Assembly: GCA_948470875.1 (NCBI GenBank) | Contig: CAOKQM010000003.1 | Location: 5,522 to 69,521 of the forward strand | Length of the DNA: 64,000 nucleotides | Reading direction: 5' to 3' | Source: an uncultured Clostridium sp. | GTDB taxonomy: Bacteria; Bacillota; Clostridia; TANB77; CAG-508 | In this document: piece by piece, positions 1 to 10,606 of the stretch | Numbering within the stretch: position 1 is the stretch's first letter | Layout: every line of letters begins with the position of its first letter | Made by a program: the position numbers and the translations under genes | The notes under the pieces: generated by a model | What the model was told of the DNA's origin: nothing | Seen by the model: only the letters and a program-made list of their open reading frames with translations | Databases searched by the model: none

Positions 1-148
1 GTTCTCCTGACATACGAAACTGATTTTCATGTTTGCCATTTGCCAAATCATACGCTTTTTTGATTAGTCCTATATTTGCTCTATCACCATAATTTTCAAT
101 TTGTTTGTCAATAATTTCTTCAATTGTGACATTTTTGATTTCGGTCAT
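1..148 (-). CDS. relA: RelA/SpoT-family (p)ppGpp synthetase/hydrolase, first 49 codons only (gene continues past window start)
   Basis: Own reverse-strand translation from ATG at 148: MTEIKNVTIEEIIDKQIENYGDRANIGLIKKAYDLANGKHENQFRMSGE. This is the AY..A...H..Q.R.SGE(P) opening of RelA/SpoT HD domains. It lies downstream of recJ, as in many Firmicutes. Confidence 0.7.
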   Translation of the reverse strand, partial: MTEIKNVTIEEIIDKQIENYGDRANIGLIKKAYDLANGKHENQFRMSGE

Positions 149-251
149 ATTTTACATCCTTTCTCTTGTTCCTGTCAATTTTGTATCATAAAATTATCTA
201 CTTGGCAAATTTCGTATAACAGGATTTTTTTAATCTCCTTCTGACTTGCGA

Positions 252-1949
252 TTAATACGATTTTCGCATATCTTTAATATTAATCTGGATATTTTTTACA
301 TGATTAAATGAATTAATTTCAATCATTCCAATCACATCAACTCGATCACCTAACAAAAATTCATCCGCAAAATAGCCTAAATTAAACCCAATTCCTTGTA
401 TTAAATTAGCGCCATCTTGCAGGGTTAATTTCAAATGTTTTCCTTCAACTAAAGTACGAATCGAATCGATTTTCAGATTTTTAATCAAAAAAATTGGTAC
501 TTTATTTGACGTTCCATATGGCTCTAATTCCATCAAACTCTCTGCCATTTCCAAAGTCAATTCCTTTGCTGTGATTTGTTTATCAATCGAAATAATTGGA
601 ACAATCTGCTCTGTATGTGCTTCTTTTGCCTTTTCTTCTAGCTCTTTGGCAAATACCTCAAAATTTTCTTGCTTTAAAGTAACACCAACTGCCATTTCAT
701 GTCCACCATATTTTTCCAAATATCCACCCAAACGATGCAAAGCCTCATGCAAATCAAACCCTGGTATACTCCTTCCTGAACCTTTTCCAATTCCATTTTC
801 AAAACCAATTAAAATCGCTGGCTTAAAATACAATTCTGTTATTTTAGAAGCAACAATTCCAATCACGCCATGATGCCAACCTTCCTTACCAATCACAATT
901 GTATGCTGATTTTGCAAATGGTTTGTTTCAATGATTTCCTTTGCCTCTTCAAAAATCTTTTTTTCAATATCTTGTCTTGTTTTATTATACAAATTTAATT
1001 TATCTGTCAACTGCCTTGACTCTACAATATTTTCTGTCATAAACAACTGAACTGCTTCTAATTCATAACCAATTCTACCACAAGCATTAATTCTTGGTGC
1101 AATCCCAAAAGAAACTGTATTGGCATTAATAGGACTATTTTTTGCCACATTTGCTTCTAACAAAGCATGCAATCCCAAACATCTTGTCTGTGCTACCAAT
1201 TTCAATCCTAGCTTAGAAATCACTCGATTTTCATCCACCAATGGAACAATATCTGAAATCGTTCCAATACACACAATATCCAAATACTTTAGATATTCTT
1301 TTTCATCCAATTTAAGCCTTTGGCTAATTGCCTGAATCAATTTAAACACAACACCAACACCAGCCAATTCCTTAAAAGGATATTTCGCATCTTTTCTTTT
1401 ACAATCAATTACTGCAACCGCCTTTGGAATTTCATCTAATGGCTCATGATGATCAGTCACAATAACTTCCATTCCCAATTCATAAGCATACGCAATCTCG
1501 TCCATTCCTGTAATTCCACAATCTACTGTAATAATTAACTGGTAACCATCTTCATATATTTTTTGAACCGCCTGGCGATTCAAACCATAACCTTCATCCA
1601 ATCTTTTTGGAATATAAAAACCTACATTCGTCATTCCTCTCTGTGTTAAAAACTTTTTTAGTACCGTAATGCTTGTCACACCATCGACATCATAATCCCC
1701 ATAAATGATAATTTTTTCGTTTTGCTGTATCGCCTTTTCAATTCGATCAACTGCCAATTTCATATCTGGCATCAAAAATGGATCATGAAAATCATTTCTG
1801 GTCGGCTCTAAAAAAACCTGTATTTCTTGCTTACGTTTAATCCCTCTATTTACCAACAAAGTTGCCATCCATTCTGAAATATTATTTTCTTTTGCAACCT
1901 GTTCTACAAACGTCTTATCACACTCGCAAATCTCCCATTTCTTATTCAT
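252..1949 (-). CDS. recJ: single-stranded-DNA-specific exonuclease RecJ
   Basis: 565-aa ORF with DHH/DHHA1 motifs (IIIYGDYDVDGVTS, ITVDCG, VTDHHEP, GGHEMAVG). Confidence 0.93.
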   Translation of the reverse strand: MNKKWEICECDKTFVEQVAKENNISEWMATLLVNRGIKRKQEIQVFLEPTRNDFHDPFLMPDMKLAVDRIEKAIQQNEKIIIYGDYDVDGVTSITVLKKFLTQRGMTNVGFYIPKRLDEGYGLNRQAVQKIYEDGYQLIITVDCGITGMDEIAYAYELGMEVIVTDHHEPLDEIPKAVAVIDCKRKDAKYPFKELAGVGVVFKLIQAISQRLKLDEKEYLKYLDIVCIGTISDIVPLVDENRVISKLGLKLVAQTRCLGLHALLEANVAKNSPINANTVSFGIAPRINACGRIGYELEAVQLFMTENIVESRQLTDKLNLYNKTRQDIEKKIFEEAKEIIETNHLQNQHTIVIGKEGWHHGVIGIVASKITELYFKPAILIGFENGIGKGSGRSIPGFDLHEALHRLGGYLEKYGGHEMAVGVTLKQENFEVFAKELEEKAKEAHTEQIVPIISIDKQITAKELTLEMAESLMELEPYGTSNKVPIFLIKNLKIDSIRTLVEGKHLKLTLQDGANLIQGIGFNLGYFADEFLLGDRVDVIGMIEINSFNHVKNIQINIKDMRKSY

Positions 1950-2073
1950 CCAACTTCTCCTAAAAACTCATTTATTTTATTATATAACAAATCTGGCTAA
2001 TTGGCAATCCATTTTTGTACAAAGGCACAAAAAAATGACAGGATTTTCCTGTCATTATCTTAATTTCATTTAT

Positions 2074-2379
2074 CTATTTTATAATTCTATCTTCTGAAAT
2101 TTCTCTTCCATGGCAATCTTTAAAACATTTTAGCAAAATATTCAAAAAATCATTTAACACAAATGCACCAACAACCACAAATGCAATTGCTCCAAAGTAA
2201 ATATCAACTGCCAAAATGCAAGCTGCCACTACTGTGCAATAAAACATCAAAGCACCACTTCCTAATTTTCCAGCATACAAACGATGTACTCCAAAAAATC
2301 CCAAAAACCAGCATAAAATCAAACTTGTTAACCAATCTTTTTTACTTACTTTTTCATTTTCTTCATAAAATTTTGCCAT
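2074..2379 (-). CDS. TM2 domain membrane protein
   Basis: 101 aa; WLTSLILCWFLGFFGVHRLYAGK is the TM2-domain signature; two further hydrophobic helices. Confidence 0.75.
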   Translation of the reverse strand: MAKFYEENEKVSKKDWLTSLILCWFLGFFGVHRLYAGKLGSGALMFYCTVVAACILAVDIYFGAIAFVVVGAFVLNDFLNILLKCFKDCHGREISEDRIIK

Positions 2380-2514
2380 GTTTTATTTCTCCTTAACCTT
2401 TCTTTTTATTTTAAACTTATACCAAAAAGTTTATTTTGTCAACACTTTTCAAAAATTGTAACACAATTGTAAAATTTTTATGTTCTATTTTCAAATTTTC
2501 TGCATATATAGTTA

Positions 2515-3573
2515 TTGGACAAATCTATTTTACAAAATTTCAAGAAAGGAGCGTATGATTTAATCATACATATCATTATGCGATTTATTGTTATTTCCAT
2601 TCGAAAATATTTTTTTACAGTATTATTTTTATTGTTTACTTTAAGCCTTATTCTCTTTTCAAGTGCCAATTTAGAAGCTGCACAAAATGGGCTAAAACTT
2701 TGGTCAAATTCAGTAGTTCCAACACTTTTCCCATTTTTTATTGCAACCGAATTACTTTGCCGAACCAATTTTATCCACATCCTAGGCAAATTTTTAAATC
2801 GATTTATGAAACCCGTTTTTGGCGTTCCTGGTCAAAGTGCGATAGCAATAATTATGGGAATCATCAGTGGTTATCCAGTTGGTGCAAAAGTCGTTTGCAA
2901 TTTATACGAAAATCACATGTGTACCAAAACTGAAGCAGAAAGGTTAATTGCTTTTACGAATAATTCTGGACCTATTTTTATTTTGGGTTCTGTTGGGGTA
3001 TCTCTTTTAGGCAATGTCCAAATCGGAAAAATTTTACTCATCAGCCATATTCTATCATCTTTGCTTGTTGGGTTTGTTTTTCGTTTTTGGAAAAAAAATC
3101 AAACAAACCTTACTTCAAACACTTGGCAATCGCAAACCAAAGAACTGATTCGTGTTTCCAATTTAGGTGAAATCTTAGGAGAATCCATCAAAAAATCCAT
3201 TTCTACAATTTTATCCATTGGGGGATTTGTAGTATTATTTTCAGTTATTTTGTCGATTTTAACAAGTACACAAATCTTAACTTCTTTTGCAAATCTATTA
3301 ACAAACATTGGCATCCCACACAATATTGCACTCAGTATATTAAGTGGTATCATCGAGCTTACCAATGGTTTGCAAACAGCCAGTCTTTGTTACACAAACC
3401 TACCAACTTCTTGTATTTTAACTTGTAGTTTTTTACTTGGTTTTGGTGGAATTTCTGTTTTATTACAAGTTTTTTCCATTATCTCAAAATCTGGTATTTC
3501 TATTAAACCTTACTTTTATGGAAAAATTTTGCATGCACTTTTTAGTGTAATTTTAACTTTCATTCTACTTTAA
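2515..3573 (+). CDS. ylbJ: sporulation integral membrane protein YlbJ-like (nucleoside-recognition-type membrane protein); start uncertain
   Basis: Polytopic membrane ORF with LWSNSVVPTLFPFFIATELL, ISGYPVGAKV and TEAERLIAFTNNSGPIFILG, as in YlbJ family proteins. Confidence 0.75.
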   Translation: MDKSILQNFKKGAYDLIIHIIMRFIVISIRKYFFTVLFLLFTLSLILFSSANLEAAQNGLKLWSNSVVPTLFPFFIATELLCRTNFIHILGKFLNRFMKPVFGVPGQSAIAIIMGIISGYPVGAKVVCNLYENHMCTKTEAERLIAFTNNSGPIFILGSVGVSLLGNVQIGKILLISHILSSLLVGFVFRFWKKNQTNLTSNTWQSQTKELIRVSNLGEILGESIKKSISTILSIGGFVVLFSVILSILTSTQILTSFANLLTNIGIPHNIALSILSGIIELTNGLQTASLCYTNLPTSCILTCSFLLGFGGISVLLQVFSIISKSGISIKPYFYGKILHALFSVILTFILL

Positions 3574-3731
3574 AAATTTTCCTTTGCCAACAGAAATCAC
3601 TTATTATTCGTCTGTTAAAATTGTGAAAAACTTCGTGCAAAAAAATGGCAAAGGCTTTATTTAAAAAATATAAAACCTTTGCCTAGTAAAATAAAATCCC
3701 CTGCTTAATTACAAGCAGGGGTTAACACCGC

Positions 3732-4091
3732 CTATGGAAGAAGAATCACAAAATCATATGGGGCAGGATTTTCATCTAACACGATTCCTTCCATTTTCCC
3801 CAATTCTTTGCAAGCACTTTCCACGACACTATAATCGCATAAAAAGACACTTTCGTCATCCCCTTGAGGAAAATTTCTGCTAGGAAGCGTTTCGATTGAT
3901 ACCGTATGATTTTCCGGATGGTATTCTAGCGCAATTTCATTATCTAGCGCCTCCTCACCCTCATTCTTTAGCAATATTTCTCCGACATTTAGCAGCTCTT
4001 CCATAAGATTTTCCTCTGTTAGATAACCGCTTTTCTTTTTCCACCTAGTTAAAAAGTCCTCAAATTTTTCCCGTAATTCTTCCTTATTCAT
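3732..4091 (-). CDS. hypothetical acidic protein
   Basis: 119-aa ORF with GGAGGA-type RBS upstream of the ATG; no family recognised. Confidence 0.5.
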   Translation of the reverse strand: MNKEELREKFEDFLTRWKKKSGYLTEENLMEELLNVGEILLKNEGEEALDNEIALEYHPENHTVSIETLPSRNFPQGDDESVFLCDYSVVESACKELGKMEGIVLDENPAPYDFVILLP

Positions 4092-4224
4092 TATGTGTCC
4101 TCCTGTTTTTCTAATTTTGTAGATAATAGTATGTCACTTTTACATCCTATTGTCAACCAAACAGGCTACTATGAACAAAACCTAACAAATCCCAAACTTT
4201 CTTGTCAAATAGCTGCTTAGCTTT

Positions 4225-7200
4225 TTAGCTAAAATAAGCCACTCCGCTTTCAAACAATTTCTGATCCTTATTTCCTGGCATATTTTTATAAATATCTGTA
4301 TAACATCTCTCTGAATGTCCCATTTTACCCATAATCCTTCCATCTGGACTCGTAATACACTCAATCGCATAATTAGAACCATTTGGATTAAAGCCAATCT
4401 CCATGCAAGCTTCACCTTCAAAATCAACATACTGAGTCGCAATTTGCCCATTTTTAAGCAACTCTTGATACATCTCTTGGGACACCACAAATCTACCTTC
4501 TCCATGCGACACTGGAATTGTAAACACTTCACCAAGTTCCACTTTGCTAAACCAAGGCGACATTTTTGACGTTATTTTTGTATTTACCATACAAGATTGA
4601 TGTCTTGCAATTTGGTTAAATGTAAGTGTTGGCATGGTATCATCCATCTCCATAATTTTTCCATATGGCAACAATCCCGTTTTTACCAAAGCTTGAAAAC
4701 CATTGCAAATGCCAAGCATCAAGCCATCATTTTCATATAAATGGCTATGAATCAAATCTTTCAATTTTGGATTTCGGAACACAGAAGCAATGAATTTCCC
4801 AGATCCATCTGGTTCATCTCCGCTACTGAATCCACCAGGCAACATAATAATTTGAGCCTGTCCAATTTGCTTTGCAAATTCTTCAATTGAATCTGCCACA
4901 TCATTTTGCTTAATATTTTTAAATACACTTGTATGCACAATTGCGCCTGCATCCTCAAATGCTTTAGTCAAATCATATTCGCAATTTGTTCCTGGAAAAA
5001 CTGGAATAAATACACGTGGTTTCGCAATTGGTTTTGCACATTTTATCCTACATTTTTTATCTGACACAATATTGTCCACTTTTGCATTTTGCACTTTCAC
5101 TTTTGTTGGAAATACTTTTTCCAATGGTTTTTGCCAAATTTCAATCAACTCTTCTATCGGCATTTTGACATCACCAATCACAATTTCACCACAATCGCAA
5201 GTTGTTCCTAATTCCACAAATTTAGAATTTTCAACATCTTCGGCTAATTCAATAACAAAAGAACCGTACATCAATTCAAACCAATTCACATCTGCGGTTA
5301 TTTTCAATCCAAGTTTATTTCCCATACACGCTTTTGTCAAGCTATCGGCTAATCCGCCATTTCGAACTGTTCCAACTGACAACACTTTTCCTTGCTCAAT
5401 TAAGCAATGTATCATTTCATAATTTTCTTTCAAATCTTCAAAATCTGGCAAGAAATCAGCATCCATTTTGCTTCTTAACAAAACAACTTTTGAACCAGCT
5501 TTTTTGAATTCATTAGAAACTACTTTATTAATATCAACTGTTGAAACGCTGAATGAAACAACAGTTGGTGGCACATCCAATTCGTTATAAGAACCAGACA
5601 TACTGTCTTTTCCACCAATCGAAGCAATCCCCAATTTTTCCTGAACCAAATACGTTCCAAGCAAAGCAGAAAATGGTTTTCCCCAACGTTTTGCGTTATT
5701 TCCCAATTTTTCAAAATACTCTTGAAGCGTTAACCAAGATTCTTTGTAATCTCCACCTATGGCAACTAATTTCGTAACCGATTCAATCATGCTATACACC
5801 GCACCATGAAACGGACTCCATTTTGCAATTTCTGGATTGTATCCATAAGTCATAATTGTTCCTGTATTCGTATAACCTTTCAATGTTGGGATTCTAGCTG
5901 ACATTCCTTCTGCTGGTGTCAATTGATATTTTCCTCCAAATGGCATAAGTACCGTATTTGCGCCAATTGTGCTATCAAATCTTTCCACCAAACCTTTTTG
6001 AGAACAGCAATTCAAACTTGATATTGTCTCTTTCCATTTTGATTCAACATCTTTTGGATTTTCCTTTGTTTGTAAAGGAGATTTGTCATAATCTGGTTTT
6101 TGAACAAAAACCTCCGTTTTCTTTACATCTCCATTAGTATCTAAAAATGCACGACTAATGTCCACAATGCATTTTCCACGCCAGAACATTTTGACACGTG
6201 GTTCATCCACAACTTCTGCAACAATAGTGGATTCGATGTTTTCCATTTCCGCCAAATCAATAAATTTCTCGACATTTTCTTTTGCGATTACAACTGCCAT
6301 TCTTTCTTGTGATTCTGAAATCGCAAGCTCTGTTCCATCCAAACCTTCGTATTTTTTAGGAACTTTATCTAAGTTGATAACAAGTCCATCTGCCAATTCA
6401 CCAATGGCAACAGACACACCGCCTGCCCCAAAATCATTGCATCGTTTGATTAATTTTGTTGCTTCGGGATTTCGGAATAATCTTTGAATTTTCCTTTCCT
6501 CTGGCGCATTTCCTTTTTGCACTTCTGCGCCACAAGTAGTAAGTGATTCGCTCGTGTGAGCTTTCGAACTTCCTGTTGCTCCTCCGCATCCATCACGTCC
6601 TGTACGTCCACCCAATAAAACTACAATATCACCTGGCTGTGGTCTTTGTCTTACAACATTTTCTTTTGGTGCTGCTCCGATTAAAGCTCCTAATTCCATT
6701 CTTTTGGCTAAATAGCCATCATCATAAATTTCAGCAACTTGACCAGTTGCTAAGCCAATTTGATTTCCATACGAACTATAACCACGTGCTGCTTCATTCG
6801 TTAATTTACGTTGTGGCAATTTGTTTGGCATAGTATCTGCCACAGCTTGTCTTGAGTCACCACAACCAGTAATGCGCATCGCTTGATATACATAAACTCT
6901 TCCGTGATAGCGGGTCACGAATACAACCACCCAAACATGTTGCTGCTCCACCAAATGGCTCAATTTCGGTTGGATGATTATGTGTCTCGTTTTTAAACAT
7001 AATCAAATATTCTTCTTTGGTTCCATCGACCAGAATTTCTGCACGAAAACTGCATGCATTGATTTCCTCAGATTCGTCTAGATTTTTTAGCAGCCCTCGT
7101 TTTTTCAATTCTTTGGCAACAATGGTTCCTAAATCCATTAGGCAAACATCTTTTGCCTTTCTGCCTTCATATACATATTCTCTCGATTTTATGTATTCTT

Positions 7201-7948
7201 CATAAACGCTAGAAAGCAAATCCCAGTCAATTTCGATTTTTTCTAGTTTGGTAAGGAAAGTCGTGTGGCGACAATGATCTGACCAATACGTGTCAATCAT
7301 TTTCATTTCTGTCATGGTAGGGTCTCTTTTTTCAGTTTCTTTAAAATAGGTTTGACAGAATTTTAAATCTGCCATGTCCATCGCAAATCCATATTTTTTG
7401 TAGAATTTTTCACTATCTTCGTCAGTCATATTGATGAAGCCTTCAATGATAGCAACATCTTGTGGCTCTTCCATTTGCTCTTCCAAACTTTCTGGTTTGT
7501 CCAAAGAACATTCTCTTGAATCGACTGGATTGATAATATATTTTTTGATTTTCTCGATTTCTTCCTCACTTAAATTTCCAGATAAAATATAAATTTTTGC
7601 AGATTTGGAAATTGGCTTTTGGCCACCTGCTAAAATTTGCAAACATTCTGATAAAGAATTTGCTCTTTGGTCAAATTGACCTGGCAAAAATTCAACTCCA
7701 AAAACTTTTGTATTTGGCTCTATTGGATAATCTTCCACAAAATAATGGTCGACTTGTGGCTCTGAAAAAATCGTGCCTTTGGCCTTTTCAAAGATTTCTT
7801 GTGTGATTCCTTCTACATCGTATCGATTGAGTACAACAATTTTTTCTAGTACATTCATTTGTAAATTTTCCTTGATATCGTTCAATAAATCAATTGCTTC
7901 TACATCAAATCCAGGTTTTTTTTGAACATAAATTCTTTTGACTGACAT
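4225..7948 (-). pseudogene. purL: phosphoribosylformylglycinamidine (FGAM) synthase, single-chain type; frame broken once by an extra C
   Basis: ORFs 6857..7948 and 4225..6963 overlap. Removing plus-strand G 6904 (coding TCA-C-GGA) gives continuous ...[42 protein letters not shown]... The C-terminal glutaminase part (LGICNGFQAL, SHGEGRF) is present. Confidence 0.9.
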
Positions 7949-8008
7949 GGCTTTCCTCCTAAAATTTATTTTTTATTGAGGCATTATGCCTCTGCTTACA
8001 TTATTTTT

Positions 8009-8037
8009 ATTATATTACAAATTGAGAAATTTTTCAA
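8009..8037 (-). promoter_or_regulatory. sigma-A-type promoter candidate for purL (TTGAAA-17-TATAAT)
   Basis: Reverse strand reads TTGAAA aatttctcaatttgtaa TATAAT about 60 nt upstream of the purL ATG. Confidence 0.5.
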
Positions 8038-8055
8038 CAAATTTGCAGAAAAAAG

Positions 8056-8101
8056 AGAAAAAACAGATGAATTTAGACTTTTTAATCCTCATTCATCTGT
8101 T
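8056..8101 (-). terminator. rho-independent terminator after the HD-domain gene
   Basis: Reverse strand reads AACAGATGAAT-loop-ATTCATCTGTT followed by a T run. Confidence 0.6.
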
Positions 8102-8142
8102 CTTTTATTTCCTAGCGGAAATGCAGCATGTAGGCATGCACT

Positions 8143-8721
8143 TTATATTTTGTTCCTAAAAACCTTATCATGCAAATACACTACCAGATGTGCAATTTCT
8201 CGGTCAAAAATCTGTTTCGAACATTCTAACTCCAAAACCTCTTTCCTCATAATTGGTAGCAATTGTAAAATTTTATTAAATTTGCAGTTTGTTTCAATGC
8301 ATTGTTTCCATCTGCCAATTCCTACAAAATCGATTTTGTCAGCATCACGAATAATTTTCCCTTCCAATGTTTCTGGCTTTTCTTTCCAACTATGTTTATA
8401 AATTGCCAAATAACATTTCTGAATGAATTCCTCTTGATATCCTAAATTTCTCATTTCTTCTTGCAGCATATCTGCACTAAGTTTAGCATGACCTTTTTCC
8501 TGCACGCTTCTCCCTACATCATGCCAATACGCAGAAATAAGGCAAACTTCTTTATTAGCTTGCTCCACTTTGTCTAAAATTTCTTTTGTGTAATTCACAA
8601 CTGCCTTCACATGAGATAAAGAATGTTTTGAATCTTCGACTGTTTTCATAATTTCTATTGCTTTTTCAAGTAACTTTTTAAATTTATTTTCTATTCGTTG
8701 GTAAGTTTGTTCAGAATTCAT
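8143..8721 (-). CDS. HD-domain phosphohydrolase
   Basis: 192 aa; H...HD metal motif (SHVKAV..., YWHDVGR) and a later RDADKIDF. Confidence 0.75.
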   Translation of the reverse strand: MNSEQTYQRIENKFKKLLEKAIEIMKTVEDSKHSLSHVKAVVNYTKEILDKVEQANKEVCLISAYWHDVGRSVQEKGHAKLSADMLQEEMRNLGYQEEFIQKCYLAIYKHSWKEKPETLEGKIIRDADKIDFVGIGRWKQCIETNCKFNKILQLLPIMRKEVLELECSKQIFDREIAHLVVYLHDKVFRNKI

Positions 8722-8850
8722 TTTTAATATTTCCTTTCTTAAACTTTTTTATAATTATATTATAAATCCTTAATTTTTTCAAGAAATTTGTAGAATAAAA
8801 AAAGCACAAGTTAACTTAAAATCTAAAGTTAATTTGTGCTTTTTATGCCA

Positions 8851-9210
8851 TTATTGAACAAACAAATCAATCAGTTTTTTTAGGCAAAATCTGTGCTTTT
8901 TAATTTTCATCTTACAATCTGGATAAACCATGATTGTATCTCCTTTAGAAACAGCATAAATTTCCCAAAAAAATTTCGGCTCATCACATCGTTTCAACCC
9001 ATAAATAACCCCATCATTTTTACATTTAAATTTCATACTTCCGTCTAAAAGACAAGTGCTTTGCTTCATTTTTTCAATTTGCTCTGCATCTATCTCTTTC
9101 CATTCTTGGGACTTCATTTGTTGCTCTAACAAGATATCAAAAAAGTCCTTGCTCCGAAAATACATTTCTTTTTGAAAAATGATTCCTTTTGGTATAAATA
9201 TAACTAACAT
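8851..9210 (-). CDS. hypothetical protein
   Basis: 119-aa ORF with a strong RBS (AAAGGAGG-6 nt-ATG). Contains an in-frame CGG codon (TTT CGG AGC). Confidence 0.55.
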   Translation of the reverse strand: MLVIFIPKGIIFQKEMYFRSKDFFDILLEQQMKSQEWKEIDAEQIEKMKQSTCLLDGSMKFKCKNDGVIYGLKRCDEPKFFWEIYAVSKGDTIMVYPDCKMKIKKHRFCLKKLIDLFVQ

Positions 9211-9302
9211 AAAGTTCCTCCTTTGCCAAATGGCGATGAATTATTTCAATTTTGATAAATTTATTATACTGTATTTACATAATTTTGTCAATTGTGTAAT
9301 TC

Positions 9303-10493
9303 TTACTTTCTCATTTCTTTTATCATCATATCACCAAAAATCGCATATCCTATTTCTGGATTAGAAACAAGCACATTTGTGACTGCTCCAACAAATTTTC
9401 CATTTTGCAAAATTGGCGCTCCTGATAAACCTCGTATAATGCCTCCTGTTTGCTGAATTAATTCTTCATCTGTGACACGAATTAACATACTTTTATTGTC
9501 ATAATGATTATTAGGAAAAATTTTTTCTATTTTAATATCATATTCTTTACTGTTTTTTCCATCTAAACTGCACAACATCTTAGCATTTCCTGTTTGAATT
9601 TCGTTTCTTAAAGCAACAGGAATGGCTGTATTGGTATCTATATTTAAACTAGATAAACTATCAAGTTTTCCATAAATTCCAAATGGCGTATTTTTTTGTA
9701 CTTCTCCAATTGTTTTTTGATTGATAATTGTACCACGTATTTCTCCAGGACTATTTACTTGCGCTTTTGTGATAGCCATTACTTGAGAAGTTACAACTTC
9801 TCCTGAATCAATTGAAATTAATTGGTCTGTGTCAGTATCTACAATTCCATGACCTAAAGCCGCAAAACTTTCGGTATTTTTTTCATAATAGGTAATGGTT
9901 CCAACACCTGTGGCTGCATCTTTTACCCACAAACCTAGTTTGTATTCATCTGCTTTGGTTTGTACTGGCGTAATATTAGAAGTTACTAAAGTTCCATCTT
10001 CTCTTAATAAAGTTAATAAAACATTTTCGCCATTGCTTTGATTTACAACATTTTTTAAATTATCAATATTTTCAATTTCTTTATCATTAACTTTTAAAAT
10101 TGTGTCTCCTTCTTGAATGTCGCATGCATCAAATGGACTTACCATTTCATGATTTTGATTTTCAATTTGTGACATTCCTACAATTAAAACTCCATTTGTA
10201 TAAAGTTTCATTCCAATAATTTTGCCAATTGGCACAACTTGTACATTTTCAATTGTCTCAATCGAAAAATCTTTTACTTTATTTCCAAATAATGTAACCT
10301 CTACATTTTTGATGTTTCCATTATCATTTGAAGTACTTATTGTTTCGATTGTATCCACTCCCATCATTTTTTTTATTTGATAACTTTCGTTTTCTAATAA
10401 AATAATTTTTTTCGGAATTAAACTAATATTGGTAATATAGGCATATACTATTATTAAAATAAATAAAATTAATATTGGCTTTAAATTTTTCAT
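9303..10493 (-). CDS. spoIVB: SpoIVB peptidase (stage IV sporulation signalling serine protease, S55)
   Basis: 396 aa; N-terminal TM helix, PDZ-like segment (DIQEGDTILKVNDKEI), and S55 core (GTITYYEKNTESFAALGHGI, GLSGAPILQNGKFVGAVT). Confidence 0.9.
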   Translation of the reverse strand: MKNLKPILILFILIIVYAYITNISLIPKKIILLENESYQIKKMMGVDTIETISTSNDNGNIKNVEVTLFGNKVKDFSIETIENVQVVPIGKIIGMKLYTNGVLIVGMSQIENQNHEMVSPFDACDIQEGDTILKVNDKEIENIDNLKNVVNQSNGENVLLTLLREDGTLVTSNITPVQTKADEYKLGLWVKDAATGVGTITYYEKNTESFAALGHGIVDTDTDQLISIDSGEVVTSQVMAITKAQVNSPGEIRGTIINQKTIGEVQKNTPFGIYGKLDSLSSLNIDTNTAIPVALRNEIQTGNAKMLCSLDGKNSKEYDIKIEKIFPNNHYDNKSMLIRVTDEELIQQTGGIIRGLSGAPILQNGKFVGAVTNVLVSNPEIGYAIFGDMMIKEMRK

Positions 10494-10606
10494 AAGATTA
10501 GCATAACCTATTTTCTAAAAAATATTATTTTTTGAAAAGGTATCCTTGACACTCAAGTTTTGTCTATGATAAGTTTAAATTAATATTACTAAATAAGGAG
10601 TTTTTT

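Noticed and set aside
571-873. Many 60-180-aa ORFs in the track lie antisense to, or out of frame within, long conserved genes. Examples: 571..873, 1120..1335, 4315..4569, 5072..5422, 6158..6487, 18924..19199, 21622..22029, 34306..34848, 35332..35691, 36789..37082, 44020..44274, 51501..51758, 55445..55654, 61333..61632.
   Set aside because: They are shadow ORFs, typical of AT-rich DNA. They have low-complexity or hydrophobic compositions, no RBS, and are fully contained in genes with unambiguous family motifs on the other strand or frame.
7949-8142. I looked for a purine riboswitch or another leader upstream of purL, and similarly upstream of purM (37354-37512).
   Set aside because: I found only a promoter-like TTGAAA-17-TATAAT and a short hairpin (GAGGCATAATGCCTC). 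There is no three-way-junction purine aptamer consensus.
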